NCBI RefSeq assembly: GCF_027484705.1
Contig: NZ_JAIXSL010000020.1
Location: 18,172-82,171, forward strand
From: Flavobacterium sp.
Lineage (GTDB): Bacteria; Bacteroidota; Bacteroidia; Flavobacteriales; Flavobacteriaceae
Reading direction: 5' to 3'
DNA: 64,000 nucleotides
Position 1 is the stretch's first letter, and every line of letters begins with the position of its first letter. Made by a program: the position numbers and the translations under genes. Positions 1-9,403 of this stretch are shown here, in pieces. The notes beneath the pieces were generated by a model. It made no database searches, was not told the origin of the DNA, and was given only the letters and a program-made list of their open reading frames with translations.

Positions 1-2
1 TC

Positions 3-632
3 GGGCTCAGTCTGTTTCTCGGAACTTTCATCGTAACAATCATTTACATACTTGCGAACCTGATGTATTTGGCCGTAATCCCTTTTGATGAAATCGCCAC
101 CGCCAAATCCGATCGTGTGGCCGTCGTCGCTTCGCAATATATTTTCGGGAACATCGGAACATTAATCATTGCGGTCATGATCATGATCTCGACCTTCGCG
201 TGCAACAACGGACTCATCATGGCCGGCGCGCGCGTCTATTATACGATGGCCAAAGACGGTTTATTTTTCGAAAAAGCCTCACACTTAAATTCCGCGAGCG
301 TTCCTGCATGGGCGTTGTGGGTTCAGTGTATCTGGGCGTCGGCTTTATGCCTGACCGGAAAATACGGCGATTTGCTTGATTTCGTCATCATCATCGTGCT
401 CATCTTTTACATCCTGACGATTTATGGAATTTTCATCCTGCGCAAAAAAATGCCCGATGCCGAAAGGCCTTACCGCGCTTTTGGTTATCCGATACTTCCC
501 GCTTTGTATATTGTCGTGGCCAGCGCCGTTTCGATTGCGTTGTTGTTTACGAAAACCAGTACCTGCGGTTGGGGCGTATTGATCATGCTCGCCGGAATTC
601 CGGTTTATTATCTGACAAAATCGAAAGAATAA
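3..632 (+). CDS. APC-family amino acid permease, 5'-truncated by window edge
   Basis: Frame is open from base 3 (GLSLFLGTFIVTIIYILANLM...); many TM helices; APC motifs STFACNNGLIMAGARVYYTMAKDGLF and RPYRAFGYP. Confidence 0.9.
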   Translation, partial: GLSLFLGTFIVTIIYILANLMYLAVIPFDEIATAKSDRVAVVASQYIFGNIGTLIIAVMIMISTFACNNGLIMAGARVYYTMAKDGLFFEKASHLNSASVPAWALWVQCIWASALCLTGKYGDLLDFVIIIVLIFYILTIYGIFILRKKMPDAERPYRAFGYPILPALYIVVASAVSIALLFTKTSTCGWGVLIMLAGIPVYYLTKSKE

Positions 633-645
633 AGTTGTTTTTTTA

Positions 646-768
646 GGCGTGACCACAAGGGTCGGGTTTTGCTTCGCCAGTTCGGCTGACGCCTCGGGTC
701 GCACTCGCTTTTTCGCACCGAAAGCCGGCGCAAAAAGAGCTCAGACAAATGCTTCAATCCCTCACGCG
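646..768 (-). repeat. Structured intergenic REP-like element, related to the 788-872 element and inverted relative to it
   Basis: Terminal IR GCGTGA(647-652)/TCACGC(762-767); imperfect internal hairpin 707-740; reverse complement shares GAT[TG]GAAG and CTTTT(T)GCGC[CT]GG with 788-872. Confidence 0.55.
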
Positions 769-787
769 CTTCCCCGTAGACCAAGAC

Positions 788-872
788 CCTAGCCCTGATG
801 GAAGTGGTTATCCTTTTGCGCTGGTGTTCAGCGTAAAAGATAGGAACGCACAGCAGGATCAGCTTCTAAAAA
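788..872 (+). repeat. Flavobacterial structured repeat (Flavo-1-like RNA motif / REP-like), copy 1
   Basis: CCTAGCCCTGAT...ATCCTTTTGCGCTG-GTGTT-CAGCGTAAAAGAT...AGCAGG; homologous copy at 63159-63246 on the opposite strand; Flavo-1 name is from recall, not a search. Confidence 0.7.
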
Positions 873-874
873 CA

Positions 875-906
875 AAAAATCCGCCTCAAGACTGAAGCAG
901 ATTTTC
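875..906 (-). terminator. Intrinsic terminator of gap
   Basis: Hairpin AAAATCTGCTTCA-GTCT-TGAGGCGGATTTT plus U-tract on the minus strand; the plus-strand C/A mismatches become G-U pairs only on the minus strand. Confidence 0.75.
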
Positions 907-928
907 TATTTATAAAAGTTTGTATCTA

Positions 929-2377
929 TTAATAGTAAGTATAGCGTCTTACTTTCGCAATATATTTCGCCAAACGAATCACTTGGTGGCTGTAACCGTA
1001 TTCGTTGTCATACCATATATAAAGCACGATGTTTTTTCCGTCGGCAGACACAATCGTCGCATTGCTGTCGTAGATCGATGGCGCTGAGGTTCCGATGATG
1101 TCCGAAGAAACCAATTCGTTGTTGAGCGAGTATTTGATCTGCTCCACAAGTTCGCCTTCCAAAGCGTATTTTTTCATGATCGCATTGATCTCGGCGATGG
1201 ATGTTTCTTTGCTGACTTCCAAATTCAAAACCACCAAAGAACCATTCGGAACCGGAACACGGATCGCGTTTGAAGTCAATTTTCCGGTCAAGGTAGGCAA
1301 CGCTTTCGCAACGGCAGTTCCGGCACCGGTTTCTGTAATCACCATGTTGAGTCCTGCGGCTCTTCCGCGGCGGTATTTCTTATGCATGTTATCCACAAGA
1401 TTCTGGTCATTCGTATAAGCGTGGATGGTTTCTAAATGCCCTTTGACAACGCCCAAAGTATCTTCAACGGCTTTTAAAATAGGTGTGATGGCGTTGGTCG
1501 TACAGGAAGCCGCAGAGAAAATATTGATCTCATCAGGATTGTATTCATTCTGGTTGACACCATGCACAATGTTCGGAACGCCTTTTCCCGGCGCGGTCAG
1601 CAATACTTTCGAAACGCCTTTGGAAGTCATGTGTCTAGACAAAGCTTCGTAAGTGGTGAAGGCTCCGGTATTGTCAATCACCAAAGCGTCATTGATTCCG
1701 TATTTTGTATAATCGATTTCTTCCGGGCCGTTGGCAGTAATAATATGAACGGTAGTTCCGTTGATGATTAGTGCATTGTTCTCGGCATCAGCAATCACAG
1801 AACCCTGAAAGTCGCCGTGAATCGAATCATAGCGCAACAACGAAGCTCTTTTTTCCAAAGAAACCGCATCGTTTTTATCACGCGTCACAATCGCACGCAG
1901 ACGCAATTGGTTTCCTTTGCCCATTTTCGACATCAGTTCGCGTGCCAGCAAACGACCGATACGACCGAATCCGTAAAGCACTACATCTTTAGGTTGAATG
2001 TCCTGAGTATCTTTGGCGTTTCTTAATTTGTCGATGACGAATGCTCTGGCATTGTCGTATTTGTTGTTTTCTAAATTGAATTCGTAAGTGAGTTTTCCAA
2101 TGTCAAGTTTTGAAGGCGGCAAATCCATCGAAAGGATTGCTTTGGCAATTTCGACCGAATCAAAAATCGAAATCGGTTTGCCCACAAATTCACCTGCATA
2201 TTCGTGAAGGTTGATGATGTCGCTGACATTACGGTTGATCAACTGGTTGCGGAACAAGACCATTTCGATTGATTTGTCATACCATAAATCGCTGATGACT
2301 TTAATAAATTCGACACTGGCACGTCTTCTGTCGACCTGAAAAGAAACCTCTTTTTCGTAAGAATTGATGTTACTCAT
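929..2377 (-). CDS. gap: Glyceraldehyde-3-phosphate dehydrogenase, long form with ~130-aa N-terminal extension
   Basis: YGFGRIGR nucleotide-binding motif, catalytic ASCTTN, RVPVPNGS, WYDNEYGYS. Confidence 0.95.
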   Translation of the reverse strand: MSNINSYEKEVSFQVDRRRASVEFIKVISDLWYDKSIEMVLFRNQLINRNVSDIINLHEYAGEFVGKPISIFDSVEIAKAILSMDLPPSKLDIGKLTYEFNLENNKYDNARAFVIDKLRNAKDTQDIQPKDVVLYGFGRIGRLLARELMSKMGKGNQLRLRAIVTRDKNDAVSLEKRASLLRYDSIHGDFQGSVIADAENNALIINGTTVHIITANGPEEIDYTKYGINDALVIDNTGAFTTYEALSRHMTSKGVSKVLLTAPGKGVPNIVHGVNQNEYNPDEINIFSAASCTTNAITPILKAVEDTLGVVKGHLETIHAYTNDQNLVDNMHKKYRRGRAAGLNMVITETGAGTAVAKALPTLTGKLTSNAIRVPVPNGSLVVLNLEVSKETSIAEINAIMKKYALEGELVEQIKYSLNNELVSSDIIGTSAPSIYDSNATIVSADGKNIVLYIWYDNEYGYSHQVIRLAKYIAKVRRYTYY

Positions 2378-2425
2378 GTTGGATATTATAATTAGTTAGT
2401 GTTGTTTTGTTTTTTCAATTCGGTG

Positions 2426-2433
2426 CAAAAGTA
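2426..2433 (-). promoter_or_regulatory. Bacteroidota -7 promoter element for gap
   Basis: TACTTTTG on the minus strand (TAnnTTTG), ~50 nt before the ATG. Confidence 0.65.
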
Positions 2434-2480
2434 TTGATTTCAAACGTTTTCGTAAAATATTTTTTTAAGTTTTTTGAAAT

Positions 2481-2512
2481 AAAAAAGCCACTTCAAACTT
2501 GAAGTGGCTTTT
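2481..2512 (-). terminator. Intrinsic terminator of htrA
   Basis: AAAAGCCACTTC-AAACTT-GAAGTGGCTTTT perfect stem with minus-strand U-tract. Confidence 0.85.
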
Positions 2513-2536
2513 CCAGAATTAATAACAAACCTAAAA

Positions 2537-3934
2537 TTAAATAATGATTCTGATGCGTTGTCCGATTTTGTTGATCATTTCGATACTCACGCTTTGGTTC
2601 TCGTCTTTTTTCTCCAAGATTCTCGAAGCCGTTTCCACATCCGGAGTTTTGACGTTGTCGATGCTCAGGATAATCGTTCCTTTCAATTCGTCGTAGTACG
2701 GTTTCAAATTGTCATTGTTGATTTCTTTAATGCGTACGCCCGAATCGATGTGGAATTTCTTCTTGTCTGTGGCATCAATATTTTCGAGTTCGATGCCTTT
2801 AAATTCTGTGGTGTAGAATTCATTTTTGGTTAACACCACAGGAACGGTATAAGTTTTTTCGCCTCTGATATAGGAAACCTGTACTTTGTCGTTAGGTCTT
2901 TTCGTATTGATGAAGCCTGATAATTCGGCATAAGTCGTAATCGTTTGATTGTCGAGTTTGACGATAATATCGCCTTTGGTCAATCCTGCTTTTTCCGCAC
3001 CGGAATTTTTGGTCACTTTTTTAACATAGAAACCTTGCGTTTCCTTGATGCCCAATTCTTTCGAAGCGGAACTGTTGAGTTCGCCGCCTTCAACACCTAA
3101 AATACCGCGTTGTACATTACCGAATTCCATGATATCCTCGATGATTTTCCTCGCGATATTCGATGGAACGGCAAATGAATAACCTACATAAGAACCCGTT
3201 TGCGAAGAAATCATAGTGTTGATTCCAATCAGTTCGCCTCTGGTGTTTACTAAAGCACCGCCACTGTTTCCGGGATTTACCGCCGCATCAGTTTGAATGA
3301 AAGACTGAATTCCGTTCGTATCTAAATTTCTCGCTTTCGCAGAAACGATTCCCGCAGTTACGGTTGAAGTCAGGTTATAAGGATTTCCAACGGCCAAAAC
3401 CCATTCGCCTACTTTCGCATTATCTGAATCGGCGAACACGGAATAAGGTAGTTTTTCATCGGCGTTGATTTTCAAGAGTGCGATATCCATTTTGGAATCG
3501 GTTCCGACGAGTTTGGCTTTGTATGTTTTTTTGTTGTTTAAGGTAATTTCGATGTCCGAAGCGTCTTTGACCACGTGGTTGTTCGTGACGATATAACCGT
3601 CTTCAGAAATGATCACACCCGAACCGGTTCCGACTTGCTCTTGTTGCTGGCCGCCGTTGTAGCCATAGAAAAATTCCAGCATCGGATTGGAAACCGTTCT
3701 GTAGGAAACATTTTTTACGTGCACTACAGTATGGATGGTTTTATCAGCGGCTTCGGTAAAATCAAGACCTTCAGGAACCAAACTAACATTTTTGGCGTAA
3801 TTGCTAGGCGCCATCGTCACGATGTTCTTTTGCTTTGAAAAAAATCCGTCATTGTCCATCAACAATTTGTAGCCTGCTAGCGTAGTGGCTCCACTCAATA
3901 AGGCCACTAAGAATAAACTCGAAAATTTTTTCAT
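2537..3934 (-). CDS. htrA: HtrA/DegP periplasmic serine protease with PDZ domains
   Basis: N-terminal signal/anchor; GSGVII, TNNHVV (His), DIALLK (Asp), GNSGGAL (Ser); C-terminal PDZ. Confidence 0.95.
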   Translation of the reverse strand: MKKFSSLFLVALLSGATTLAGYKLLMDNDGFFSKQKNIVTMAPSNYAKNVSLVPEGLDFTEAADKTIHTVVHVKNVSYRTVSNPMLEFFYGYNGGQQQEQVGTGSGVIISEDGYIVTNNHVVKDASDIEITLNNKKTYKAKLVGTDSKMDIALLKINADEKLPYSVFADSDNAKVGEWVLAVGNPYNLTSTVTAGIVSAKARNLDTNGIQSFIQTDAAVNPGNSGGALVNTRGELIGINTMISSQTGSYVGYSFAVPSNIARKIIEDIMEFGNVQRGILGVEGGELNSSASKELGIKETQGFYVKKVTKNSGAEKAGLTKGDIIVKLDNQTITTYAELSGFINTKRPNDKVQVSYIRGEKTYTVPVVLTKNEFYTTEFKGIELENIDATDKKKFHIDSGVRIKEINNDNLKPYYDELKGTIILSIDNVKTPDVETASRILEKKDENQSVSIEMINKIGQRIRIII

Positions 3935-4106
3935 TTTGCTTTAAAAATTTTAGTTAAACGTTTTGTGTTTTTAATTTTCAGACGTAAAATTAGGAAAGTA
4001 AAGTTTTTGAAAAAACAGTTTAACGCCTGTTTAACAAGGATTAACTTTTCATTAGTATCGCTACTTTGCCGCATAAATTGCCGCATTTGTTTTTACATAT
4101 TATTTG

Positions 4107-4114
4107 TACCTTTG
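4107..4114 (+). promoter_or_regulatory. -7 promoter element for dapF operon
   Basis: TACCTTTG, 19 nt upstream of ATG 4134. Confidence 0.65.
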
Positions 4115-4133
4115 GGTTTCATTCAAAAACCGT

Positions 4134-4916
4134 ATGGAAATTACATTCTACAAATACGAAGGCACCGGAAATGATTTTGTGATGATCGACAACCGCGAGC
4201 TTACCTTCCCAAAACACAATACTAAATTGGTGGCGCATTTGTGCGACAGACGTTTCGGGATTGGTGGCGACGGATTGATTCTGCTTGAAAATGATCCTGA
4301 TTCCGATTTCAAAATGGTTTATTACAATTCTGACGGAAACCCAAGTTCGATGTGTGGTAATGGCGGACGTTGCATTGTCGCTTTTGCCCAAAGTCTGGGC
4401 ATCATTAAAAATCAGGCAACTTTTGAAGCGATTGACGGTTTGCACCATGCGAGTACTTTTGACAGCGAAATCGTATCGCTACAAATGGGCGATGTGGATG
4501 CCATCGATATTGAAGAGGATTATGTTTTTCTGAATACCGGATCGCCGCATCATGTAACTTTTGTGGATGATTTGCAACATATGGACGTAAAAAATCAAGG
4601 TGCCAGAATCCGTTACAGCGAATTGTACGGCAAGGCGGGAAGCAATGTCAATTTTGTAAAGCAGATTGATGATGTGACATTTGCCATCCGGACATACGAA
4701 AGAGGCGTCGAAGATGAAACGCTTTCTTGCGGAACTGGCGCCACAGCCGTAGCGATTGCCATGCATGCTTTGGGAAAAACGACATCACATTCAGTAGAAA
4801 TTAATGTCGAAGGAGGTGCTTTGACGGTTTCATTTGATAAAGAAGGAAATCGCTACACGAATGTTTTTCTGAAAGGCCCGGCAACATTTGTATTTAAAGG
4901 AACTATCACATGCTGA
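4134..4916 (+). CDS. dapF: Diaminopimelate epimerase
   Basis: FYKYEGTGNDF, MCGNGGRC, GSPH, ERGVEDETLSCGTG; start moved from 4104 to ATG 4134. Confidence 0.96.
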   Translation: MEITFYKYEGTGNDFVMIDNRELTFPKHNTKLVAHLCDRRFGIGGDGLILLENDPDSDFKMVYYNSDGNPSSMCGNGGRCIVAFAQSLGIIKNQATFEAIDGLHHASTFDSEIVSLQMGDVDAIDIEEDYVFLNTGSPHHVTFVDDLQHMDVKNQGARIRYSELYGKAGSNVNFVKQIDDVTFAIRTYERGVEDETLSCGTGATAVAIAMHALGKTTSHSVEINVEGGALTVSFDKEGNRYTNVFLKGPATFVFKGTITC

Positions 4917-5443
4917 CCTTAAAAGGAGATTCCATTTACCTGCGCGCGCTCGAACCCAATGATCTTGAGTTTCTGTACGCAGTTGAAAACAACGAAGCCA
5001 TTTGGGAAGTCAGCAATACTCAAACACCGTACAGCAGATTTTTGATCAAGCAGTATCTGAAAAATGCGCATCAGGATATTTACGAAGCCAAACAATTGCG
5101 ATTGGCAATTTGCAAAGACAAAAATTTTCCAGCTATCGGACTGATTGATTTATTCGATTTTGACCCGAAAAATAACCGTGCCGGTGTCGGAATTATGATT
5201 CAGAATCAGGAAGATAGAAGTATTGGAATTGGCAAAGAAGCCTTAGGATTACTGATTCAGTACGCTTTCAGAAAGTTAAATTTGCATCAATTGTACGCGA
5301 ATATCGCTACCGAAAACCAACCGAGTTTAAGTCTTTTTACTACTTTTGGTTTTGAAAAAATCGGAACCAAAAAACAATGGAACCTCGTTGATGGCAAATA
5401 CAAAGACGAAGCCATGTTCCAACTCATCAATCATCCACTTTAA
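4910..5443 (+). CDS. GNAT N-acetyltransferase (RimJ/RimL/SpeG-like)
   Basis: IYLRALEPND start, RSIGIGKEA acetyl-CoA loop, N..S..LF...GFEK.G. Confidence 0.88.
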   Translation: MLTLKGDSIYLRALEPNDLEFLYAVENNEAIWEVSNTQTPYSRFLIKQYLKNAHQDIYEAKQLRLAICKDKNFPAIGLIDLFDFDPKNNRAGVGIMIQNQEDRSIGIGKEALGLLIQYAFRKLNLHQLYANIATENQPSLSLFTTFGFEKIGTKKQWNLVDGKYKDEAMFQLINHPL

Positions 5444-5454
5444 ACCATCACATT

Positions 5455-6498
5455 TTGAATTTTAAAAAAATCGCCGCCCTTTTTTCCGTAGTCCTGATCA
5501 CAGGTTTAATGATCTACGGCTATATGCTTTACCGCGACATTTTCTCGAGCAATACCAAATTTACGACGGATGAAGTTTACGTATTGATCCCGACCGATGC
5601 GGATTACGCTACCGTCAAGAAAGTCATCAGCCCTTACATCAAAGATATGGAGCGTTTTGATAAGGTCGCCGAAAAGAAAGAATATCCGCAAAGACTCGAA
5701 AAATCGGGAAGGTTTTTATTGAAGAAAGGCATGAACAGCAACGAGATCATCAATTCGTTGCGCCAGAATGTTCCGGTTAATATCGCATTCAATAATCAGG
5801 AAAGATTGGAGAATTTCGCGGGCCGCATCGGAACGCAGATTGAAGCCGATAGTTTGAGTTTACTTAATGCATTCACCAATCAGAAATTCCTCGATGAAAA
5901 TGGTTTCACCAAACAAAACGTTTTGGCGATGTTTGTCCCGAATTCGTATGAGTTTTTCTGGAATACATCTGCTGAAAAATTCCGCAACAAGATGGCCAAG
6001 GAATACCGAAAATTCTGGACCGACGAGCGTTTGGAAAAAGCAAAGAAACTAAATTTGACCCCGATTCAGGTTTCTATTTTAGCTTCCATCGTGCATAAAG
6101 AAACAGTCAAAAAAGATGAAAGGCCAAAAGTGGCCGGTGTGTATCTCAATCGTTTAGTAAAAGGCATGAAACTCGAAGCCGATCCAACAGTGATTTATGC
6201 GGTGAAACTTCAGTCTAACGATTTCAACCAAATCATCAAGCGCGTTTTGAATAAAGATTTGGCGACCAATTCCCCCTACAATACTTATATGTATGCAGGT
6301 TTGCCACCCGGACCGATTGCAATGCCCGACATTACGGCGCTTGATGCAGTTTTGAATCCTGAAAAGCACGACTACATTTATTTTTGCGCCAGCGTCACGC
6401 GATTTGGCTACCACGAATTTGCAGTAACGCCCGCACAGCATGAAGCCAACCGCCAAAAATACGTCGCCTGGATTTCGAATCAGGGTATAAAACGATAA
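5455..6498 (+). CDS. mltG: Endolytic transglycosylase MltG (YceG-like)
   Basis: N-terminal TM; ILASIVHKET, VAGVYLNRL, LEADPTV, SPYNTY, GLPPGPI; TTG start. Confidence 0.95.
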   Translation: MNFKKIAALFSVVLITGLMIYGYMLYRDIFSSNTKFTTDEVYVLIPTDADYATVKKVISPYIKDMERFDKVAEKKEYPQRLEKSGRFLLKKGMNSNEIINSLRQNVPVNIAFNNQERLENFAGRIGTQIEADSLSLLNAFTNQKFLDENGFTKQNVLAMFVPNSYEFFWNTSAEKFRNKMAKEYRKFWTDERLEKAKKLNLTPIQVSILASIVHKETVKKDERPKVAGVYLNRLVKGMKLEADPTVIYAVKLQSNDFNQIIKRVLNKDLATNSPYNTYMYAGLPPGPIAMPDITALDAVLNPEKHDYIYFCASVTRFGYHEFAVTPAQHEANRQKYVAWISNQGIKR

Positions 6499-6501
6499 AT
6501 T

Positions 6502-7419
6502 TTGAAATCAAACCCATTCGTCATAGCGGTATTTTTGTTCATGGTAGTACCGGCTGTTTTTGGGCAAGGCAAAATCGATTCTTTTCTTAAACCTGTCGAT
6601 ACTCTAAATGTTCCCAGAAGAAATACGCTTGTTGTTTCTGAAGTAGCGCTTTCGGCTGCTGTTATCGTGGGTTTGAATCAGGTTTGGTATGCTGATTATC
6701 CGCGCTCAGATTTTCATCTAATCAATGACAATGCAGAATGGTTGCAGATGGATAAAGCCGGCCATGTGTTTACGTGTTATCATTTCGGAAGTTTTGGGAA
6801 AAGCGCTTTGCAATGGAGTGGCGTCAGCAGGAAAAACCAACTGATTTATGGTTCGACGATCGGATTTGCCTTCATGTCAGCTGTTGAGGTTATGGATGGT
6901 TACTCTTCCAATTGGGGCGCTTCCTTAGGCGATGTCGCTGCGAATGCTGCCGGAACCGCTTTGTTCGTCTCGCAGGAATTGGTTTGGAAAGAACAGCGTA
7001 TTGTTCCGAAGTTTTCTTTTCACACTACACCTTATGCTTCCGCAAGACCGAATGTTTTGGGAAGTTCTTTAAACGAACAGGTTTTGAAAGACTACAACGG
7101 ACAGACTTATTGGCTTTCGGTCAATCTACATTCGTTTTTTAAGCAATCCAAAATCCCGAAGTGGTTTAATGTTGCGGTGGGTTATGGAGCGGAAGGCATG
7201 ATTACCGGAAATGACGAATTGGTCAACACCGTTTTTCTGCCAGAATCGGAAAGATTCAGACAATTTTATTTCAGTTTCGACGCCGATTTGACAAAAATTG
7301 AAACGAAATCCCACGTTTTGAAGACTATTTTTCAACTTTTCAACACCATCAAAATTCCTGCTCCAACGTTTGAAATCAATGGTCGCGGCGGTTCCAGATT
7401 CCATTATTTATACTTTTAG
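6502..7419 (+). CDS. DUF2279/YfiM-like exported or outer-membrane protein
   Basis: Signal peptide; WLQMDKAGH, EVMDG.S..WG.S.GD..AN, LKDYNGQTYWLS motifs; C-terminal Phe. Confidence 0.75.
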   Translation: MKSNPFVIAVFLFMVVPAVFGQGKIDSFLKPVDTLNVPRRNTLVVSEVALSAAVIVGLNQVWYADYPRSDFHLINDNAEWLQMDKAGHVFTCYHFGSFGKSALQWSGVSRKNQLIYGSTIGFAFMSAVEVMDGYSSNWGASLGDVAANAAGTALFVSQELVWKEQRIVPKFSFHTTPYASARPNVLGSSLNEQVLKDYNGQTYWLSVNLHSFFKQSKIPKWFNVAVGYGAEGMITGNDELVNTVFLPESERFRQFYFSFDADLTKIETKSHVLKTIFQLFNTIKIPAPTFEINGRGGSRFHYLYF

Positions 7420-7461
7420 AAAACTTTAACTGATTGATAGTGAATATCTTATTATTTGTTG

Positions 7462-7469
7462 TACATTTG
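7462..7469 (+). promoter_or_regulatory. -7 promoter element
   Basis: TACATTTG upstream of the 7516 CDS. Confidence 0.6.
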
Positions 7470-7515
7470 CCCCGCAGAAATTTCTCGGGTGACAGGTTGA
7501 GAAGAAAATCAATGT

Positions 7516-8151
7516 ATGTTAAAAAAATGGGCATTCTACAGTAGTTTAACTTTAATAATCGCTTATTTAAGTTCAGGTTTCAAACCTACCGATTCTCAAA
7601 ATCAAGATGGGTTGCAACCGATCAATCAGAAAGAAATGTCTTATTTGTTTCCTTCCCAAGATGAGAAGGATTACGCCAACCTCAATGTCCCTTTTACCGG
7701 AAAATTTTTCATAGGTTTCAAAGAAGCGGTCGCTTTTAAGGAATCTCAGGGGAAATACCACAAAGTCAATTCTTTGGGCTACATGGGAAAATACCAATTT
7801 GGAGCGGAAACTTTAGCTTCCATAGGAATTCATGATAGTGTGGCGTTTTTGAACAATCCTAAATTACAGGAAAAAGCTTTCGTAGCGCTTTTGTCTAAAA
7901 ACAAATGGCAACTTCGTGATGAAATTGAAAAATTCTCAGGTGCCATCATTTCAGGCGTTAAAATCACAGAATCCGGAATTTTGGCTGCAGCGCATTTAGG
8001 TGGAGCCGGTTCTGTTAAACGATTTTTGAACAGCAACGGAGCCAAAAAATGCAAAGACGATTATGGCACTTCGGTCAAGAGTTATATGCGGGATTTTGGT
8101 GGTTACGAAACCAGCGGGATTATTGCAGATAACGATCCAAAAGTGAAATAA
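7516..8151 (+). CDS. Exported lysozyme-like / lytic transglycosylase-like protein
   Basis: Signal sequence; FKES (catalytic ES), GKYQF, AAAHLGG resemble SLT motifs I-III. Confidence 0.65.
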   Translation: MLKKWAFYSSLTLIIAYLSSGFKPTDSQNQDGLQPINQKEMSYLFPSQDEKDYANLNVPFTGKFFIGFKEAVAFKESQGKYHKVNSLGYMGKYQFGAETLASIGIHDSVAFLNNPKLQEKAFVALLSKNKWQLRDEIEKFSGAIISGVKITESGILAAAHLGGAGSVKRFLNSNGAKKCKDDYGTSVKSYMRDFGGYETSGIIADNDPKVK

Positions 8152-8174
8152 CAAAAATCAATTTTTGAAAATAT

Positions 8175-8200
8175 AAACCTGTTGAAAGACGGGTTTTTTT
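8175..8200. terminator. Terminator between convergent genes
   Basis: AAACCTGTT-GAAA-GACGGGTTT plus T7. Confidence 0.7.
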
Positions 8201-8204
8201 ATGC

Positions 8205-8924
8205 CTAAAATTTATGGATGATGAAAATCGTCGGACGGTTGTGCAGGTCGATTTTGGTTTTCTTCCAGTCCTGAATCCGCATCGTTTTGATGTATTCAGT
8301 CGGTAAAGTAATATCACAAGCCACACAAAGATGCGTGCTTGGTTGCATAGCCTGAACAATATCTTCGAGTAATTTGTTGTTGCGGTAAGGTGTTTCTATA
8401 AAGATTTGCGTCTGGTTTTTATCCGAAGACAATTTCTCCAAATTTTTCAAAGCGGTTTTTTTTTCGGATTTATCAATCGGGAGATAGCCGTTGAATGCGA
8501 AACTTTGACCGTTCATACCGGAAGCCATCAAAGCGAGTAGGATTGAAGACGGGCCCACTAAAGGAATCACCTGAATGCCTTTTTCATGCGCAATTTTTAC
8601 AATCACAGCGCCAGGATCAGCCACTCCGGGACAACCGGATTCGCTCATGATGCCAATGTTTTTTCCTTCAAGACAAGGCTGAAGCATTGCGTTGTGTTCG
8701 GATACTTGGGTATGTTTGTTTAAAGTGCTTAGGCGCAAAGAAGCCTGTACTTTTTCAGGATGGATGCTTTTGATGAATTTCCTGGCGGTTTTCTCGTTTT
8801 CGACAATGTAGTCGTCGATGAAATCAATAGTGTTTTTAATGGTAATCGGCAAAACCTCCAAAGGATCGTGATCTCCTAAAGTAATCGGGATTAGGTAGAG
8901 TTTTCCTGTAGTCGTCGGTTTCAT
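8205..8924 (-). CDS. Tetrapyrrole-methylase-fold SAM-dependent methyltransferase (RsmI-like)
   Basis: KLYLIP..LG, SESGCPGVADPG, GPSSILLALMASG, FNGYLP, FIETPYRN. Confidence 0.85.
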   Translation of the reverse strand: MKPTTTGKLYLIPITLGDHDPLEVLPITIKNTIDFIDDYIVENEKTARKFIKSIHPEKVQASLRLSTLNKHTQVSEHNAMLQPCLEGKNIGIMSESGCPGVADPGAVIVKIAHEKGIQVIPLVGPSSILLALMASGMNGQSFAFNGYLPIDKSEKKTALKNLEKLSSDKNQTQIFIETPYRNNKLLEDIVQAMQPSTHLCVACDITLPTEYIKTMRIQDWKKTKIDLHNRPTIFIIHKF

Positions 8925-8933
8925 CGAAAAGGA

Positions 8934-9401
8934 TTAAGAGTGTGTTGCGATTAGTTTTTCAGCAATGATGTCACAGGTTTCGTCAAGCATTTTATAGACG
9001 CTGTCAAAGCCGAACTGCGAACCGTAATAAGGATCCGGAACATCTACATTTTCCCCCGGAAAAAGCTCATTGAGAATGAGTTTTACTTTGCTTTTCTGGT
9101 CTTCATTTTTTGCCATCGTGATGACGTCATTATAATTGCTGTTGTCCATCACATAAATGTAGTCATAAGCATCGAAGTCTGAAACGCTGAAATGTTTCCC
9201 GCGTTGATGAGAAATATCCAAACCGTTTTTCTTGGCCACTGCAATCGAACGCTCGTCAGGTTGCTTTCCGACATGCCAATTTCCGGTTCCGGCGGATTCT
9301 ACAACAAATTTGTTCTTAGGAAGTTTAGAAGCCAAAAGTCCTTCTGCCAATGGCGATCGACAGATGTTACCAAGGCAAACCATTAAGATTTTAATCGGCA
9401 T
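8934..9401 (-). CDS. Low-molecular-weight protein-tyrosine phosphatase
   Basis: P-loop CLGNICRS, SAGT, DVPDPYYG. Confidence 0.95.
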   Translation of the reverse strand: MPIKILMVCLGNICRSPLAEGLLASKLPKNKFVVESAGTGNWHVGKQPDERSIAVAKKNGLDISHQRGKHFSVSDFDAYDYIYVMDNSNYNDVITMAKNEDQKSKVKLILNELFPGENVDVPDPYYGSQFGFDSVYKMLDETCDIIAEKLIATHS

Positions 9402-9403
9402 TT

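Noticed and set aside
345-704. 119-aa minus-strand ORF
   Set aside because: Antisense to the permease and starts within a repeat element; no recognisable motif.
1389-1397. Perfect DnaA box TTATCCACA
   Set aside because: Single copy inside the gap CDS (encodes LVDN), so probably chance.
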